In this document: positions 1-10,011 of the stretch, one piece after another
Position numbering within the stretch: the stretch's first letter is position 1
Layout: each line of letters begins with the position of its first letter
Source: Patescibacteria group bacterium
Lineage (GTDB): Bacteria; Patescibacteriota; Microgenomatia; UBA8517
Direction: 5' to 3'
Assembly: GCA_035291665.1 (NCBI GenBank)
Contig: DATDRP010000001.1
Coordinates: 2,569-66,568, forward strand
DNA: 64,000 nucleotides
Translations under genes and position numbers: made by a program
Notes under the pieces: generated by a model
Databases searched by the model: none
What the model was told of the DNA's origin: nothing
The model's input: the letters and a program-made list of their open reading frames with translations, nothing else

Positions 1-1
1 G

Positions 2-556
2 CCCGGACTTCAGATTCAATTGGCCAATTCTGCAGGCCTCCGGAGGCGTCTGGATAAAATTGAAGACTTACAGGTTGTGAACGCCGAGCACGGCGTAAGA
101 ATCGCTCAGGCGTTGTTTGCAGAGAGGTTTGCCGACAGAGTAAAAGTCGACGAAGGAATAAAATCAGTGAATGTTTGGGAGTTGGTTAAAATAGTTTCAA
201 AAGATAAAAAACTGGTTGAAGCGCCTGCGAAAATTGACACCGGAGCCTGGAGAACTTCAATTGACTATGATATGGCTGAAAGTCTGGGACTTATTTACCC
301 CGAAAATATCATTGCCAGTAAAAGTGTCCGGAGCACTCACGGGAGGTCGAAAAGAAAGTGGATCAACTTGTCTTTTTATCTTGCGGGAAGGAAGATAAAA
401 ACTACAGCGAGTCTTGCCAACCGAAAGCAGATGAGAGTGAAACTTATCATCGGACGAAGGGATATCGGAAGCTTTCTCGTAAAATTTAACGAATCGGAAG
501 TAGCCGGACACGATTGGTATAAATCATTATGGACAAAGACCAAGCACTCAAATTAA
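2..556 (+). CDS. C-terminal part of alpha-L-glutamate ligase-like ATP-grasp protein fused to a RimK-associated retropepsin-like protease domain (5' truncated by window)
   Basis: Frame open from base 2. PGLQIQLANSAGL matches the end of alpha-L-glutamate-ligase-related ATP-grasp proteins; AKIDTGAWRTSID and LIIGRRD are RimK-associated protease motifs. Confidence 0.7.
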   Translation, partial: PGLQIQLANSAGLRRRLDKIEDLQVVNAEHGVRIAQALFAERFADRVKVDEGIKSVNVWELVKIVSKDKKLVEAPAKIDTGAWRTSIDYDMAESLGLIYPENIIASKSVRSTHGRSKRKWINLSFYLAGRKIKTTASLANRKQMRVKLIIGRRDIGSFLVKFNESEVAGHDWYKSLWTKTKHSN

Positions 557-2823
557 CCCGAGGCATAACCTCAGACATTATAGGCATTGCTCCAAATGCA
601 TTTTCGAGGGTGGTCGCATCTGAGTATTTCCCGAATTTTTCGATAATTTGCTTCAAAAATCGGGGTGAGACCGACTACATTGCCAAAGACATTGAAGTTT
701 TATGCATTGAAAAAGAATATCCCAGGGAAGGGATTGAAAAAACAAATGCACGGGAAATTCTACGCATCCCTCAGGTTCAGGATTATATTTCAAAAAAGAA
801 AGACCCCCGGCTGCTTTTATACAAACCAACAAAAGGGGTAGAGGCAATCGCTGATGAAAAAAATTGGAAATTGTTGGCTAACTCCTGGACGGTTAAGTAC
901 GAAATAGAAAATAAACTTGCTTTCAGGGAAGTTTTGAAAAAAGCAGGGATTGAAGCTATTACCGGCGAAACTGTTTTGTATGATCAGCTTGACGAAAATT
1001 TATTTGTTAAGATGCTGGACAGATACGGACCGAAGATAGTTTTTCAAATAGCGGAAATGACGGCCGGAGGCGGGACCGGAACTGCATTTTTGGAAAATTT
1101 AAGTGATTTTAGAAAATTCAAAGAGAAGTTCGATATGAAAAAAGACCAGTTTACGGCCATAGAAAATGTAAACGTAACCAAATTTAAGGAAGGAGTTCCA
1201 AGCAGTATAGCTGCTTGCGCCACCAAGCATGGAGTTCTTGTGGGCAGGATTCAATCACAAGTTCTTGATATCCCGGATGTGCGGATTCTTTCCGAAGGCT
1301 CAGGGCTTTTTTGCGGACACGATTTTTCATACGGAAGTTTTGGAAGCGATCTTCAGGAACAGGCAAAAACGATTGCGAAAAAGTTTGGTATGTATATTTA
1401 TAACACCATGGGCTACAAAGGAATTTTCGGTATCGATCTGATCACAAACCCTGAAGAGGGGAAAGTTTATCCGATAGAGTGCAACCCGCGCTTTACGGAT
1501 GCTTTCCCTGTTTTATCGGAAATGTACAGCAAAAACGGAATTGTCCCGATGGATGTTTTCCACATTTTGGAGCATTTGGGTGTTGAGTACGATCTTGATG
1601 TCTCAAAGATGAATGACTTATACGATAAAAGCGTAAATGTCGGATCGCAAATCCTTCTGGAGACAAAGACTGACGATTGGACAAAGGTTGAACGCGATAT
1701 GAAAGCAGGAGTATGGAATTTCGACGGATCCGAGATCAAATTTGTGAAGGAAGGATACCGTTTTGAACATCTTGAAAACCAAAATCAATTTTTGTTGACG
1801 GAAGGGGTTCCTTTCAAAGGAAGTATTTATAAACCCGGTGCAAGAATTTTACGGGTAGTTTTTGCGCGGTCGATTTTGGAGAAAGCAAAGGAACTTAAGG
1901 GGGATATCAAATTATTGATCGAAAATATCTATGAAAAGATTGATCTTCAAAAAACCGAACCGGCTGTCGTTATACAGGATTTTCTCGGTTTGAAGATGTG
2001 TAGCATTACTGATCCGCAATATTTATCTGAAGCGGGAAAGATGGGAGCTGATGTTGTGGATCTCATTGGTACAGACGAAAGATTCGGATATGTCCGTCCG
2101 AAAAAGGTCCGTTGGTGGGTGGTTTTTAGCGATAAAATAAAAGATCCTATTGATCTCATTAAATCAAAAAGACTAAGAAAACACCTGAATAATTGGCTAA
2201 ATAATCTTTCAAAGTATGACCTGCGATATGAGATAAAACAAAATATAACGCAGGAAGAATTTACTCAATGGTATGATAAGTTTTTAACAATTTTGTCTTC
2301 CAAAGAAAAGGCAAACATTCGGATTACGAAGAGTTGGCTGAAAGAGAAAAAAATTAAAGCTAAAAAAACGGGTGCAGTTTTCATTTATAAGGGGAATACT
2401 CTTTTGGGGGGGAACCTTTTTATTTATGGGGAAGAAAGTTTATTAGTCGGATTTGGTGCTGTAGAAAAAACCGATACACCCAAGTGGAGTTTGGGAGCAA
2501 TCGTAGATTTCATTTGTGTTAAGCACGCGATGGAAACGGGGATGAAAAAGGTGAGTTTTGGCATCGACACAAATTTATACGGACACCATCTGTCAACCGG
2601 ACTTTTGACTTATAAACTTAATTTCGGACTGACTCCAACCTACAAAGAAACGGCCGATTTAATTTCCACAAAATTTATGAATATGAACAAATTTGAAGAT
2701 TATATTTGCTTCTTGGGAATAAAGGATGGGAAGATTGTCTTTTATTTGATAAAAACTAATGATAAGTCCGAACCCGAAAAACCGATATTAAATACAAACC
2801 TTGAAGTAATAGAAATTGTATAA
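529..2823 (+). CDS. ATP-grasp domain protein with probable C-terminal GNAT-like domain
   Basis: 764 aa; ENKLAFREVL, GGGTGT loop, GIFGIDLI...IECNPRF ATP-grasp motifs; C-terminal third resembles acetyltransferase fold (LLGGNLF...GMKKVSFG...YKLNFG). Confidence 0.65.
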   Translation: MDKDQALKLTRGITSDIIGIAPNAFSRVVASEYFPNFSIICFKNRGETDYIAKDIEVLCIEKEYPREGIEKTNAREILRIPQVQDYISKKKDPRLLLYKPTKGVEAIADEKNWKLLANSWTVKYEIENKLAFREVLKKAGIEAITGETVLYDQLDENLFVKMLDRYGPKIVFQIAEMTAGGGTGTAFLENLSDFRKFKEKFDMKKDQFTAIENVNVTKFKEGVPSSIAACATKHGVLVGRIQSQVLDIPDVRILSEGSGLFCGHDFSYGSFGSDLQEQAKTIAKKFGMYIYNTMGYKGIFGIDLITNPEEGKVYPIECNPRFTDAFPVLSEMYSKNGIVPMDVFHILEHLGVEYDLDVSKMNDLYDKSVNVGSQILLETKTDDWTKVERDMKAGVWNFDGSEIKFVKEGYRFEHLENQNQFLLTEGVPFKGSIYKPGARILRVVFARSILEKAKELKGDIKLLIENIYEKIDLQKTEPAVVIQDFLGLKMCSITDPQYLSEAGKMGADVVDLIGTDERFGYVRPKKVRWWVVFSDKIKDPIDLIKSKRLRKHLNNWLNNLSKYDLRYEIKQNITQEEFTQWYDKFLTILSSKEKANIRITKSWLKEKKIKAKKTGAVFIYKGNTLLGGNLFIYGEESLLVGFGAVEKTDTPKWSLGAIVDFICVKHAMETGMKKVSFGIDTNLYGHHLSTGLLTYKLNFGLTPTYKETADLISTKFMNMNKFEDYICFLGIKDGKIVFYLIKTNDKSEPEKPILNTNLEVIEIV

Positions 2824-2832
2824 TTTATAACA

Positions 2833-3915
2833 ATGGAAGATGTTTCACCCGAGAGATGGTTAAAAATAAGAAGAGCTGCCGACACGTCTAAAAGATTAGG
2901 GATTAATGATAGAGCGGTACGAAGAGAAGCGGTAATTGATGCAAATTCAGCCAGAAGAAAAGGAATCCTTTCGGATTTGGATGATGATGCTATAGCCCAA
3001 ATTGGTTCAGTTGCTGAAGAAAATATTCGCGACGAACCGAAAGATGTTAGGGAAAGGGCATATAATAAGTATCTTGAGATTACAGTAGGTGAAAGTAATT
3101 TACCCGTGATGGTTGATGCACCCCATTCAATTAAACCTAACAAATCACTTGTCAATGTATTGTTGGAAGAATCCGGTACGGATTCTTCAGATGTCCAGGT
3201 AATTGCTGATAAAATTGCATCAGATAATATCGAAAGTTACACCGGGACTATTGCAATAAAAATTGCAGAAAAACTCCAGATCTCAACCCTGCTTCCGAAA
3301 AAATCAAGAGTCCATGCCGATATAAACCGCCACTGGTTTAACCGCGATGAAAAAAAGTATCCCTCGGGGGAGGGTGACATTACGACGAAAAATTTCGAAT
3401 ACCCCAGAAGCGCAAAAGCGGCTCTTTACTGGGGAATAGATAAGATTTTATCGATGAAAAGATTGCTTGACGATAAGGGAAAATTAAGAAATCCATATTG
3501 CAGATTGTCGATTCACGGTATGAAGGATAATGGGGAGTTTGATTTTGCTGTTGCCGGAGCTGGAAATGCCGCTGATGGAGGTTTAGTTTCTTGGTTTAAT
3601 GATAGATTAAACCAAGAAATTCAAGAAATTGGACTGAATATTGATGGGGAAAATCCAAAATCTGTAATAGCCGAAAGAGGTGATCCAAAAACCGCACTTT
3701 ATTCAGGTGTTGGTAGTTTGTCCAACTTCCGAAAAGATATAAAAGGATCTCAGCATCCTTCATTCGGGGAAAATTTTAATACAATCCAGTTGGAGATTAG
3801 TAAAAGATTAAGAGTTAATAAAGAATATCGGGAAAAAGTCATAAATATTTTGTCGGAAGTATTGAAGGAGACTCCAACTTATTTTACTTCACATAACGCT
3901 CACCCTGAGAATTAA
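2833..3915 (+). CDS. Zn-dependent amidohydrolase-like protein (N-formylglutamate amidohydrolase / poly-gamma-glutamate hydrolase-like)
   Basis: 360 aa; ordered motifs DAPH, SR..DINR, SIHG, IQLEI. Confidence 0.45.
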   Translation: MEDVSPERWLKIRRAADTSKRLGINDRAVRREAVIDANSARRKGILSDLDDDAIAQIGSVAEENIRDEPKDVRERAYNKYLEITVGESNLPVMVDAPHSIKPNKSLVNVLLEESGTDSSDVQVIADKIASDNIESYTGTIAIKIAEKLQISTLLPKKSRVHADINRHWFNRDEKKYPSGEGDITTKNFEYPRSAKAALYWGIDKILSMKRLLDDKGKLRNPYCRLSIHGMKDNGEFDFAVAGAGNAADGGLVSWFNDRLNQEIQEIGLNIDGENPKSVIAERGDPKTALYSGVGSLSNFRKDIKGSQHPSFGENFNTIQLEISKRLRVNKEYREKVINILSEVLKETPTYFTSHNAHPEN

Positions 3916-3992
3916 ATCCTTAATATATTAGAGTAGTTTCGTCTTACGATTCATGTTTGAGAATTCTTCATATGATACAAGAATATACTATG

Positions 3993-4024
3993 TCATGTAT
4001 CATATAATGATATATGATACATGA
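3993..4024. repeat. 32-bp palindrome family, copy 1
   Basis: TCATGTATCATATA-ATGA-TATATGATACATGA, perfect 14-bp arms, between convergent gene ends. Confidence 0.9.
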
Positions 4025-4079
4025 AAGACAAATGGCGAATGTAATTCAAATGCAACCGACCCTGTTTTCGTCTCCATCA

Positions 4080-4108
4080 AAAACCCACTCTTTATATTGA
4101 GTGGGTTT
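4080..4108. terminator. Probable intrinsic terminator downstream of rplL
   Basis: aaaacccactc-tttatatt-gagtgggttt hairpin with A/T flanks between convergent genes. Confidence 0.7.
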
Positions 4109-4135
4109 AAACTTTCTTGAGAAATCGTAATAATA

Positions 4136-4582
4136 TTACTTCATCTCAACCGTAGCTCCCGCCGCTTTCAGTTTGTCTGCAGCTGCTTTGACGTCTTCGA
4201 CCTTACCGTCTTTTATGATTTCGGCCGGAAGAGTTTCAGTCATATCCTTGGCTTCCTTCAGACCCCAATTCTGATTGATCTCCCGGAGAGCTTTGATAAC
4301 TGCAATTTTATTATCACCGGAACCTGTCATGGTGAGACTTTGTGCACCGCCACCGGATTCTTCACCGGCTGCTGGAGCATCTCCGCCTGCAGGTGCTGCA
4401 GCCGCACTTGCTGCAACCGCAACTGGTGCTGCTGTTACGCCGAGCTTATCCTGCAATGCGTTAACGAGCTCTGATAACTCAACTACTGTGAGTTTTGAGA
4501 TTTCGTCAACCAATTTCTCGACGCCCTTTGATAATTCCTTTTTTGTTTCTTTTTTTTCTTCTTTCTTAGTATCGTCTGCCAT
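4136..4582 (-). CDS. rplL: 50S ribosomal protein L7/L12
   Basis: LTVVELSELVNAL, Ala-rich hinge, KIAVIKALRE...GLKEAK, LKAAGATVE. Confidence 0.97.
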   Translation of the reverse strand: MADDTKKEEKKETKKELSKGVEKLVDEISKLTVVELSELVNALQDKLGVTAAPVAVAASAAAAPAGGDAPAAGEESGGGAQSLTMTGSGDNKIAVIKALREINQNWGLKEAKDMTETLPAEIIKDGKVEDVKAAADKLKAAGATVEMK

Positions 4583-4646
4583 ATTTGCTCACCTCCATTC
4601 GCAAAAGTATCACAAGTAACAAAAGTATCAAAGGTATCACGGGGAT

Positions 4647-5186
4647 TCAACTCGTGGTACTCGTATTACTCGAGATGCTTTTTGTTTTTAATATGAATAC
4701 TAATTTCTGTAAATTTCCCTGCAATGTTCCCAGAAGCCCGTAAACCGGTGCTTGTATTGCCCCAAGGACGGCAGCCTGTAAGGCTGACTTTCCCGGAAGT
4801 TTTGACAGCGTCAGGAGTGCATTTTTATCCTGGAACAATCCTTCTATGACGCCAACTTTCAGGCTCGGGATTTCAAATTCTTTTGCGAATTTGTCAAGAA
4901 CCTGGAGTGCGGCAATCGGATCCCCTTCAGTGACAACTAATGCAGTTGGACCCTCCAAAACCGTATCAGTGGATATTTCTTTCGGACTTTCAGCTTTATC
5001 TGCAGCCAATTTAAATAAGGTGTTTTTGGAAACAGTCATCGTAGCACCAACTCCGCGTAAACGTTTTTTGAGTTCCTGTTGCTGTTTTACTGCAAGACCT
5101 GTGTAGTCAATAAGGACAACCCCTGTTGCACTTTTTATCGTAGCTGACAGGTTGTCAACGAAATATACTTTCTCTGCTTTTTTCAT
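4647..5186 (-). CDS. rplJ: 50S ribosomal protein L10
   Basis: DYTGLAVKQQQELKKRL, VSKNTL, LEGPTA, LSKLPGK; directly upstream of rplL. Confidence 0.96.
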   Translation of the reverse strand: MKKAEKVYFVDNLSATIKSATGVVLIDYTGLAVKQQQELKKRLRGVGATMTVSKNTLFKLAADKAESPKEISTDTVLEGPTALVVTEGDPIAALQVLDKFAKEFEIPSLKVGVIEGLFQDKNALLTLSKLPGKSALQAAVLGAIQAPVYGLLGTLQGNLQKLVFILKTKSISSNTSTTS

Positions 5187-5324
5187 GATTTAAAGTTGAA
5201 GAGCTGGAGAGTGGAAGAGTGGAAGATTTTTCTCAAGCTCTTCTACTCTTATACTCTTTTACTCTATAAACCAAAAAACGCGCCCGAAGCGCGCTATAAA
5301 AACTTAACTATAAAAAGTTAGCTT

Positions 5325-5445
5325 TGATTCGCCTCGGTGTGGATTATAGATAAGAGTGAAAGAGTAGAAGAGTGTAAGTTTTTCAACTTATACTCTCAAG
5401 CTCTCTTTGCTCTTACACTCTTAAAAAACACACTGTCTTCGGACA
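5325..5445 (-). promoter_or_regulatory. L10 leader (rplJ autogenous control RNA) carrying an inserted periodic hairpin
   Basis: Minus strand reads ccgaagacagtgtg...ttaa...taatccacaccgagg, the L10-leader signature; TATAAT-like box just upstream. Confidence 0.65.
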
Positions 5446-5487
5446 AAATGTATTATAATATACCACTTATTAAAATCAAGGAGGAAT

Positions 5488-5928
5488 ATGGAAAGAAGTA
5501 AATATCAGGATTTACCGATAGATAAAGCTTTTGAAAGGTTAGTTGAAGGTAGTTTTTATTATATTACGGTTATTTATAAACAAAATGGTGCCTATGGGGG
5601 AAAAGTATTATTTCCTGATGATCTCAAAACGGCTGATCACAAAAATTCCAATTTACCCGATAATAGCGTTGCCGAATCCGTTTTTCTAACCTATGTTTCG
5701 GCAAGCTGCGAAGCCGGATTGGAGCTGGCAGAGGAGTTCAGGCGAAATTGGCCTCCGGATGGGGAAGGAAAATTCACTCAAAGAGTAAAAATATTAAATG
5801 AAAAGTTATGCAAACTTGAAGGTATGGGCAACTCTGAACCTACGATTATCCAAATACGCCTGCCAGAGAATAATAAGAGTATCAATGCAAATGATCTATT
5901 AAATAAGATGTTGGGTGAAGTGAAATAA
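5488..5928 (+). CDS. hypothetical protein
   Basis: 146 aa ORF with AAGGAGG RBS. Confidence 0.6.
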   Translation: MERSKYQDLPIDKAFERLVEGSFYYITVIYKQNGAYGGKVLFPDDLKTADHKNSNLPDNSVAESVFLTYVSASCEAGLELAEEFRRNWPPDGEGKFTQRVKILNEKLCKLEGMGNSEPTIIQIRLPENNKSINANDLLNKMLGEVK

Positions 5929-5953
5929 AGTTTAAGTGTAAATATTAATTGCT

Positions 5954-6487
5954 TTACAATCTTTTTCCAGATTTTACAGGTAAATTCCACATAGCTGCAT
6001 TTTCAGAGACACTTCTTCCTCCTAAATCTGTTTTTGGTCGTTGCTTTACGATAACAGGTACTGCCTCAGGTTTTCTGGGGTTTGTTGCTAAATCGGTTAA
6101 TTTTTGAAGCGTTTCGTCTGTGATAGGTAATTCTTCGATTGGGAAATTTTGGTCTGGTCCTTGCCCGTCTGAAAGATATCTCGCTTTTTGTTCATCATTC
6201 AGTTCAGTTGCAACAATTGACCCTTCAGGTGCATCGCCTTGTTTTTCGGATCCATAGACGTAAAATGTTTCGACCGGTGGATGTTTACCGTCAATTTTTA
6301 GTGAGTAAACGACCTTTTCCGAAAGAGGATTCTTAAGAATTAAAGGAATTTCAACTCCCTGTAATCTTCTGGTAAGTGGAATAAGTTCACCGTTTTCGGA
6401 ATGCATAAGTTTGAACTCATCAACCTGTGAATTTTCAGGTTTTACTACGATTTCCTGTTCTGTTAATTCCGCAACTGAATCTGCCAT
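5954..6487 (-). CDS. hypothetical protein
   Basis: 177 aa acidic ORF; last of three co-oriented ORFs. Confidence 0.6.
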   Translation of the reverse strand: MADSVAELTEQEIVVKPENSQVDEFKLMHSENGELIPLTRRLQGVEIPLILKNPLSEKVVYSLKIDGKHPPVETFYVYGSEKQGDAPEGSIVATELNDEQKARYLSDGQGPDQNFPIEELPITDETLQKLTDLATNPRKPEAVPVIVKQRPKTDLGGRSVSENAAMWNLPVKSGKRL

Positions 6488-6496
6488 ATTTACGAA

Positions 6497-6805
6497 TTAT
6501 AAACTTTCCAGATATTCCTTGAAATATTTTTCGATTAAAACACCAACAGTATTATCAGAATTAACTAATTTCAGTTGATATAGGACACTTAATAGTTTTT
6601 CGTCAATTTCAGAATTTTTCTCAAATTTTAAGTCTTTCACTAATTTTTCGGAATCTTCAGACAGATTACCTTTGGCCTCAGAAAGAGTAGCTACAATTGC
6701 GAAATATTGAGCCATTCCTAATACATCATTAATTTCTTCCCGATTTACACCTTTTGCTAACTGCTTCGAAGTAAAATTTTCTATAATTGGTTTCAGGTTG
6801 TCCAT
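6497..6805 (-). CDS. hypothetical protein
   Basis: 102 aa ORF tightly spaced in an operon-like run. Confidence 0.55.
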   Translation of the reverse strand: MDNLKPIIENFTSKQLAKGVNREEINDVLGMAQYFAIVATLSEAKGNLSEDSEKLVKDLKFEKNSEIDEKLLSVLYQLKLVNSDNTVGVLIEKYFKEYLESL

Positions 6806-6807
6806 GT

Positions 6808-7320
6808 TTATTTAGTATATTGTTCTAACATTTTACCTGGAATTGTACCAAGTGCTTCTCCAACCACTCCACCCACAACGAAGCCGCCAACTATCCCTTT
6901 CTTCCCATAAACTAATCCGCCAAGAGCACTTAATCCCAATCCTCCGATAAGCGCCCACGGGTGTTCAGACGCAAATTTTTGCAATCCCTGGTCGGATATG
7001 TCGGCTGTATTAATACCAAGAACTCTTGCTCCGTCTGTTCCCGTTATCCCAACCAACATGGGGTCAAGATTTGATGAAGCTAAAACTCCTATCTCAGCTG
7101 TTAATCTAGCGTGAGCAGCCTGACCGAGTCTTGTGAAAAAATCACCTTCCCCTTCGTTTGCCAAATCAAGAGTTTTTTGAATCTCAGTTTTAATTGAGCC
7201 GGTAAGTCCATCAAGCTTACCAATTTTTTCTATAAAAACCTCTTTGGCTCTTGTTCGTAGGTCTCCGGGGGTTTCAACGGTAGTTGTATTTTCAATTAAA
7301 TCCGTATTCACCTCATCCAT
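6808..7320 (-). CDS. hypothetical membrane protein with Gly-rich C-terminal helices
   Basis: 170 aa; glycine-zipper-like hydrophobic C-terminus. Confidence 0.6.
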   Translation of the reverse strand: MDEVNTDLIENTTTVETPGDLRTRAKEVFIEKIGKLDGLTGSIKTEIQKTLDLANEGEGDFFTRLGQAAHARLTAEIGVLASSNLDPMLVGITGTDGARVLGINTADISDQGLQKFASEHPWALIGGLGLSALGGLVYGKKGIVGGFVVGGVVGEALGTIPGKMLEQYTK

Positions 7321-7380
7321 GACAAGATTTTATACATTAAATAGCTTGTTGTAAACCAACATATTCAAATTAATATTTAT

Positions 7381-7503
7381 ACGCATTTCAAGAATACCCC
7401 GATTTAATCGGGGATGAATTGAATTAAGAATATAACCTCGTTTAGACGGATCCGAAAGGATACCCCGCCTGAAAGCGACAGCGAGAGGGCGGGGAGGTTT
7501 CAT
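7381..7503 (+). mobile_element. Non-autonomous IS200/IS605-end element (MITE/PATE-like)
   Basis: After TTAT: caagaa-hairpin-gatgaattg left end; ccccgcc...ggcggggaggtttcat right end. Confidence 0.7.
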
Positions 7504-7516
7504 ATATAATAGTTCT

Positions 7517-8437
7517 ATGGAAATAAGTTTGGGGGCATCAAATTTGGAAGGTGTAAAAAATAAAGAAACAGAAACCCTGAAAAATCTTGAGTCGATGGTT
7601 AAGCTGTGGCATGAGAATGCTGATCAGATGTGGGGGAAAGAATCCTTTCATAATTGGCAGCATATAGTTGCTGTGAGGTATGCAAAAGATGAATATCTGA
7701 AAAGTTATCATGAAAAAGGACTGGATCCGCTTCGAGTTTTCGGTGATGAAGGCGAGCTTACCCGATGGAACCAGAGTAAAACCGATGAGGAAAAAATATC
7801 GCCCGAAGAATTTGAGTACGGGTTGGATGCTTCTATCTTACTCCACGACGTAGGTAATGTTCTCACCAGGATAGATGTTAATGAAGAAGGGGAACTAGTT
7901 CCAACATATCATTATCAGGAAAATACAAATCATGCAAATATTGCATCAGATAAGGTTTATATCGCGGCGGGGGCTGAAGACAGAACAAAGGAGATGATTG
8001 AACCGATTTTTACGAAACTGGGAATAGACAAGAAACTGATTCCGATGGCACAGGATTTTGTTGAGAATACCAAATATCAGTTTACCGAGGGCGGGAAAGA
8101 TACACCGTTTGCTGTTTTTATGAGAGTTGTGGATCAGTTAGGCGTAAATTATTTTTCGGAAGATGACAAACGAGTGCTTGGCTTGGCAAATGAAAATAAC
8201 ATCGAATTTCCAGAAAGGAAGTACAACCCGGATTTTGTTGTAAATTTTACGTTAAGAAGGTGTAGAGAATTGGTTCCCAACGATACAGTTCGGGATACAT
8301 TAGTTAATGGTTCCTGGGGGAAACAATACCCAAAAGAATTCCCCGGTCTTGGAACCGGTCCGATTTCGGGAGTTGAAATACGAGACATATTAGTATCAAT
8401 TAATCATCAAAAATCATCCGATGAAAGTAATTTGTAG
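7517..8437 (+). CDS. HD-domain metal-dependent hydrolase
   Basis: FHNWQH ... LLHDVGN ... VVDQL motif order. Confidence 0.6.
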   Translation: MEISLGASNLEGVKNKETETLKNLESMVKLWHENADQMWGKESFHNWQHIVAVRYAKDEYLKSYHEKGLDPLRVFGDEGELTRWNQSKTDEEKISPEEFEYGLDASILLHDVGNVLTRIDVNEEGELVPTYHYQENTNHANIASDKVYIAAGAEDRTKEMIEPIFTKLGIDKKLIPMAQDFVENTKYQFTEGGKDTPFAVFMRVVDQLGVNYFSEDDKRVLGLANENNIEFPERKYNPDFVVNFTLRRCRELVPNDTVRDTLVNGSWGKQYPKEFPGLGTGPISGVEIRDILVSINHQKSSDESNL

Positions 8438-8483
8438 ATGTTGATTTAGGTCCGGATTCAAGTTAAGATTATATTTGTAAAAA

Positions 8484-9956
8484 ATGAAGAAATTAGTCTC
8501 AGCTATTATCTCTCTCGTATTATTATATTCTTTAGCGGCTTCAACTTATGCTCAGGAAAGTGGTATCCAAATAGATGCAACGGGTTCGGCTCCTGCGGGG
8601 GTCGAAACAGGAAGTGCGGGTGTTGGTACAAAAATGATTGCTCCCGATGCGATTTTCCCTCCTTATAACAACGGTTCATCGCCATTTGGGCAAAAACATG
8701 GTTATACGGTCACATTTCGGGGAAATGGCGATGCTGTTGTTAGTGCCCGGCTTGTTGTTGGGAATCAAAGCGATAAAGATCTGGAAAAGGTTACTTATCG
8801 AATTCCAAGGGTTTCTCCGACTGACATCTATGTCTTCCAGATCATAAAGCAAAAAAGCTGCAATCGATATGACTATCCGGCTTATGATCCTGTCACAAGA
8901 AGATACCCCCAGCAAGTTTGTACCGAATGGGCTGAACCGGATTATTACAACGACTATTCCTATTATCAGGCGAAATACCAAAAAGCTGATTATGAATTTT
9001 CCGGAGATGAATTAAAAATTACTTTTCCCACCCCAATTGAAAGTCAAAAAGCAGGCGCTTTATTTTTGTATTTCCGCTCATCTGGCTATGCGAAGAAGGC
9101 TTCGTTCGGTGCTTATTCATACACTTTTGAATCTCTGAAGGCGATGGACTCAATCATAAGTTTGAGCGTCGGAATCGCTACCGACTCAGATTTATACCTC
9201 AAGGGAGTTGAGGCTAATGTTAACTACAGATTCGAAGATGTCGCTCCGAAGCTAGCCTCGGTTAATTCCGGTTTCGGTGCAGTCGCCATGGAAAATTCAT
9301 CCCTTGATTCCTATGTTTCTTCTATCGGACAAGGATCTATTTACAAAACCGCTTCAAATTTGGCGCCCCTTGAGTCATACCAAGTAGAAGGCTCATATGC
9401 CGACTCACGCGCAAAACTTTATGCCAAAGAAATTATGTGGGTTGGGGGAGGAGTCCTTTTTGTAATAGTTCTTATCTTACTTCTTGTCCGATTGGTAATT
9501 AAGGTGTTCTCGCACAACGTTCGCGGCGAGGTAAAAAATGACGATAACGAAAAGTCAGGTAAAGAAGGCAACGGACAAATGATGCTTCTTGCGTTGGGAG
9601 TTGGTTTTGTTGCATCTTTCTTAACGCTTGCCTATACGGTGGGAATGTTTATTGCCGGGTCTCTCATGAGCCAAGCTTTGGGGTATTCTTTCCAGTCGGC
9701 GGTTATTGTTTTCTTTATAATTATGTCACTTATGGTGTATCCCTTGCTTTTATTCGTACCGGGCATATTAATCGGTGCAAAAAAGAAAAGCATCGGTTGG
9801 GGAGTTGCTGTGGTGGGGTCAACCTTCGGCTGGGTATTTCTATTGGGGATAGTACTTTTTGTCGTATTTTATTTTTTTCGATCAAGTGGAAATATAGGGA
9901 TTTACGATATGGTGTTGGGTAAATCGGCTCCCATGGGAAGTCCGATGATGGAGTAA
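8484..9956 (+). CDS. Secreted/membrane protein (signal peptide, extracellular domain, ~4 C-terminal TM helices)
   Basis: 490 aa; hydrophobic pattern. Confidence 0.7.
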   Translation: MKKLVSAIISLVLLYSLAASTYAQESGIQIDATGSAPAGVETGSAGVGTKMIAPDAIFPPYNNGSSPFGQKHGYTVTFRGNGDAVVSARLVVGNQSDKDLEKVTYRIPRVSPTDIYVFQIIKQKSCNRYDYPAYDPVTRRYPQQVCTEWAEPDYYNDYSYYQAKYQKADYEFSGDELKITFPTPIESQKAGALFLYFRSSGYAKKASFGAYSYTFESLKAMDSIISLSVGIATDSDLYLKGVEANVNYRFEDVAPKLASVNSGFGAVAMENSSLDSYVSSIGQGSIYKTASNLAPLESYQVEGSYADSRAKLYAKEIMWVGGGVLFVIVLILLLVRLVIKVFSHNVRGEVKNDDNEKSGKEGNGQMMLLALGVGFVASFLTLAYTVGMFIAGSLMSQALGYSFQSAVIVFFIIMSLMVYPLLLFVPGILIGAKKKSIGWGVAVVGSTFGWVFLLGIVLFVVFYFFRSSGNIGIYDMVLGKSAPMGSPMME

Positions 9957-10011
9957 GTAAATTAGGGTAGCACCATTTTCTTCTTCTGACCAAAAAACCG
10001 GTTAAAAAATC

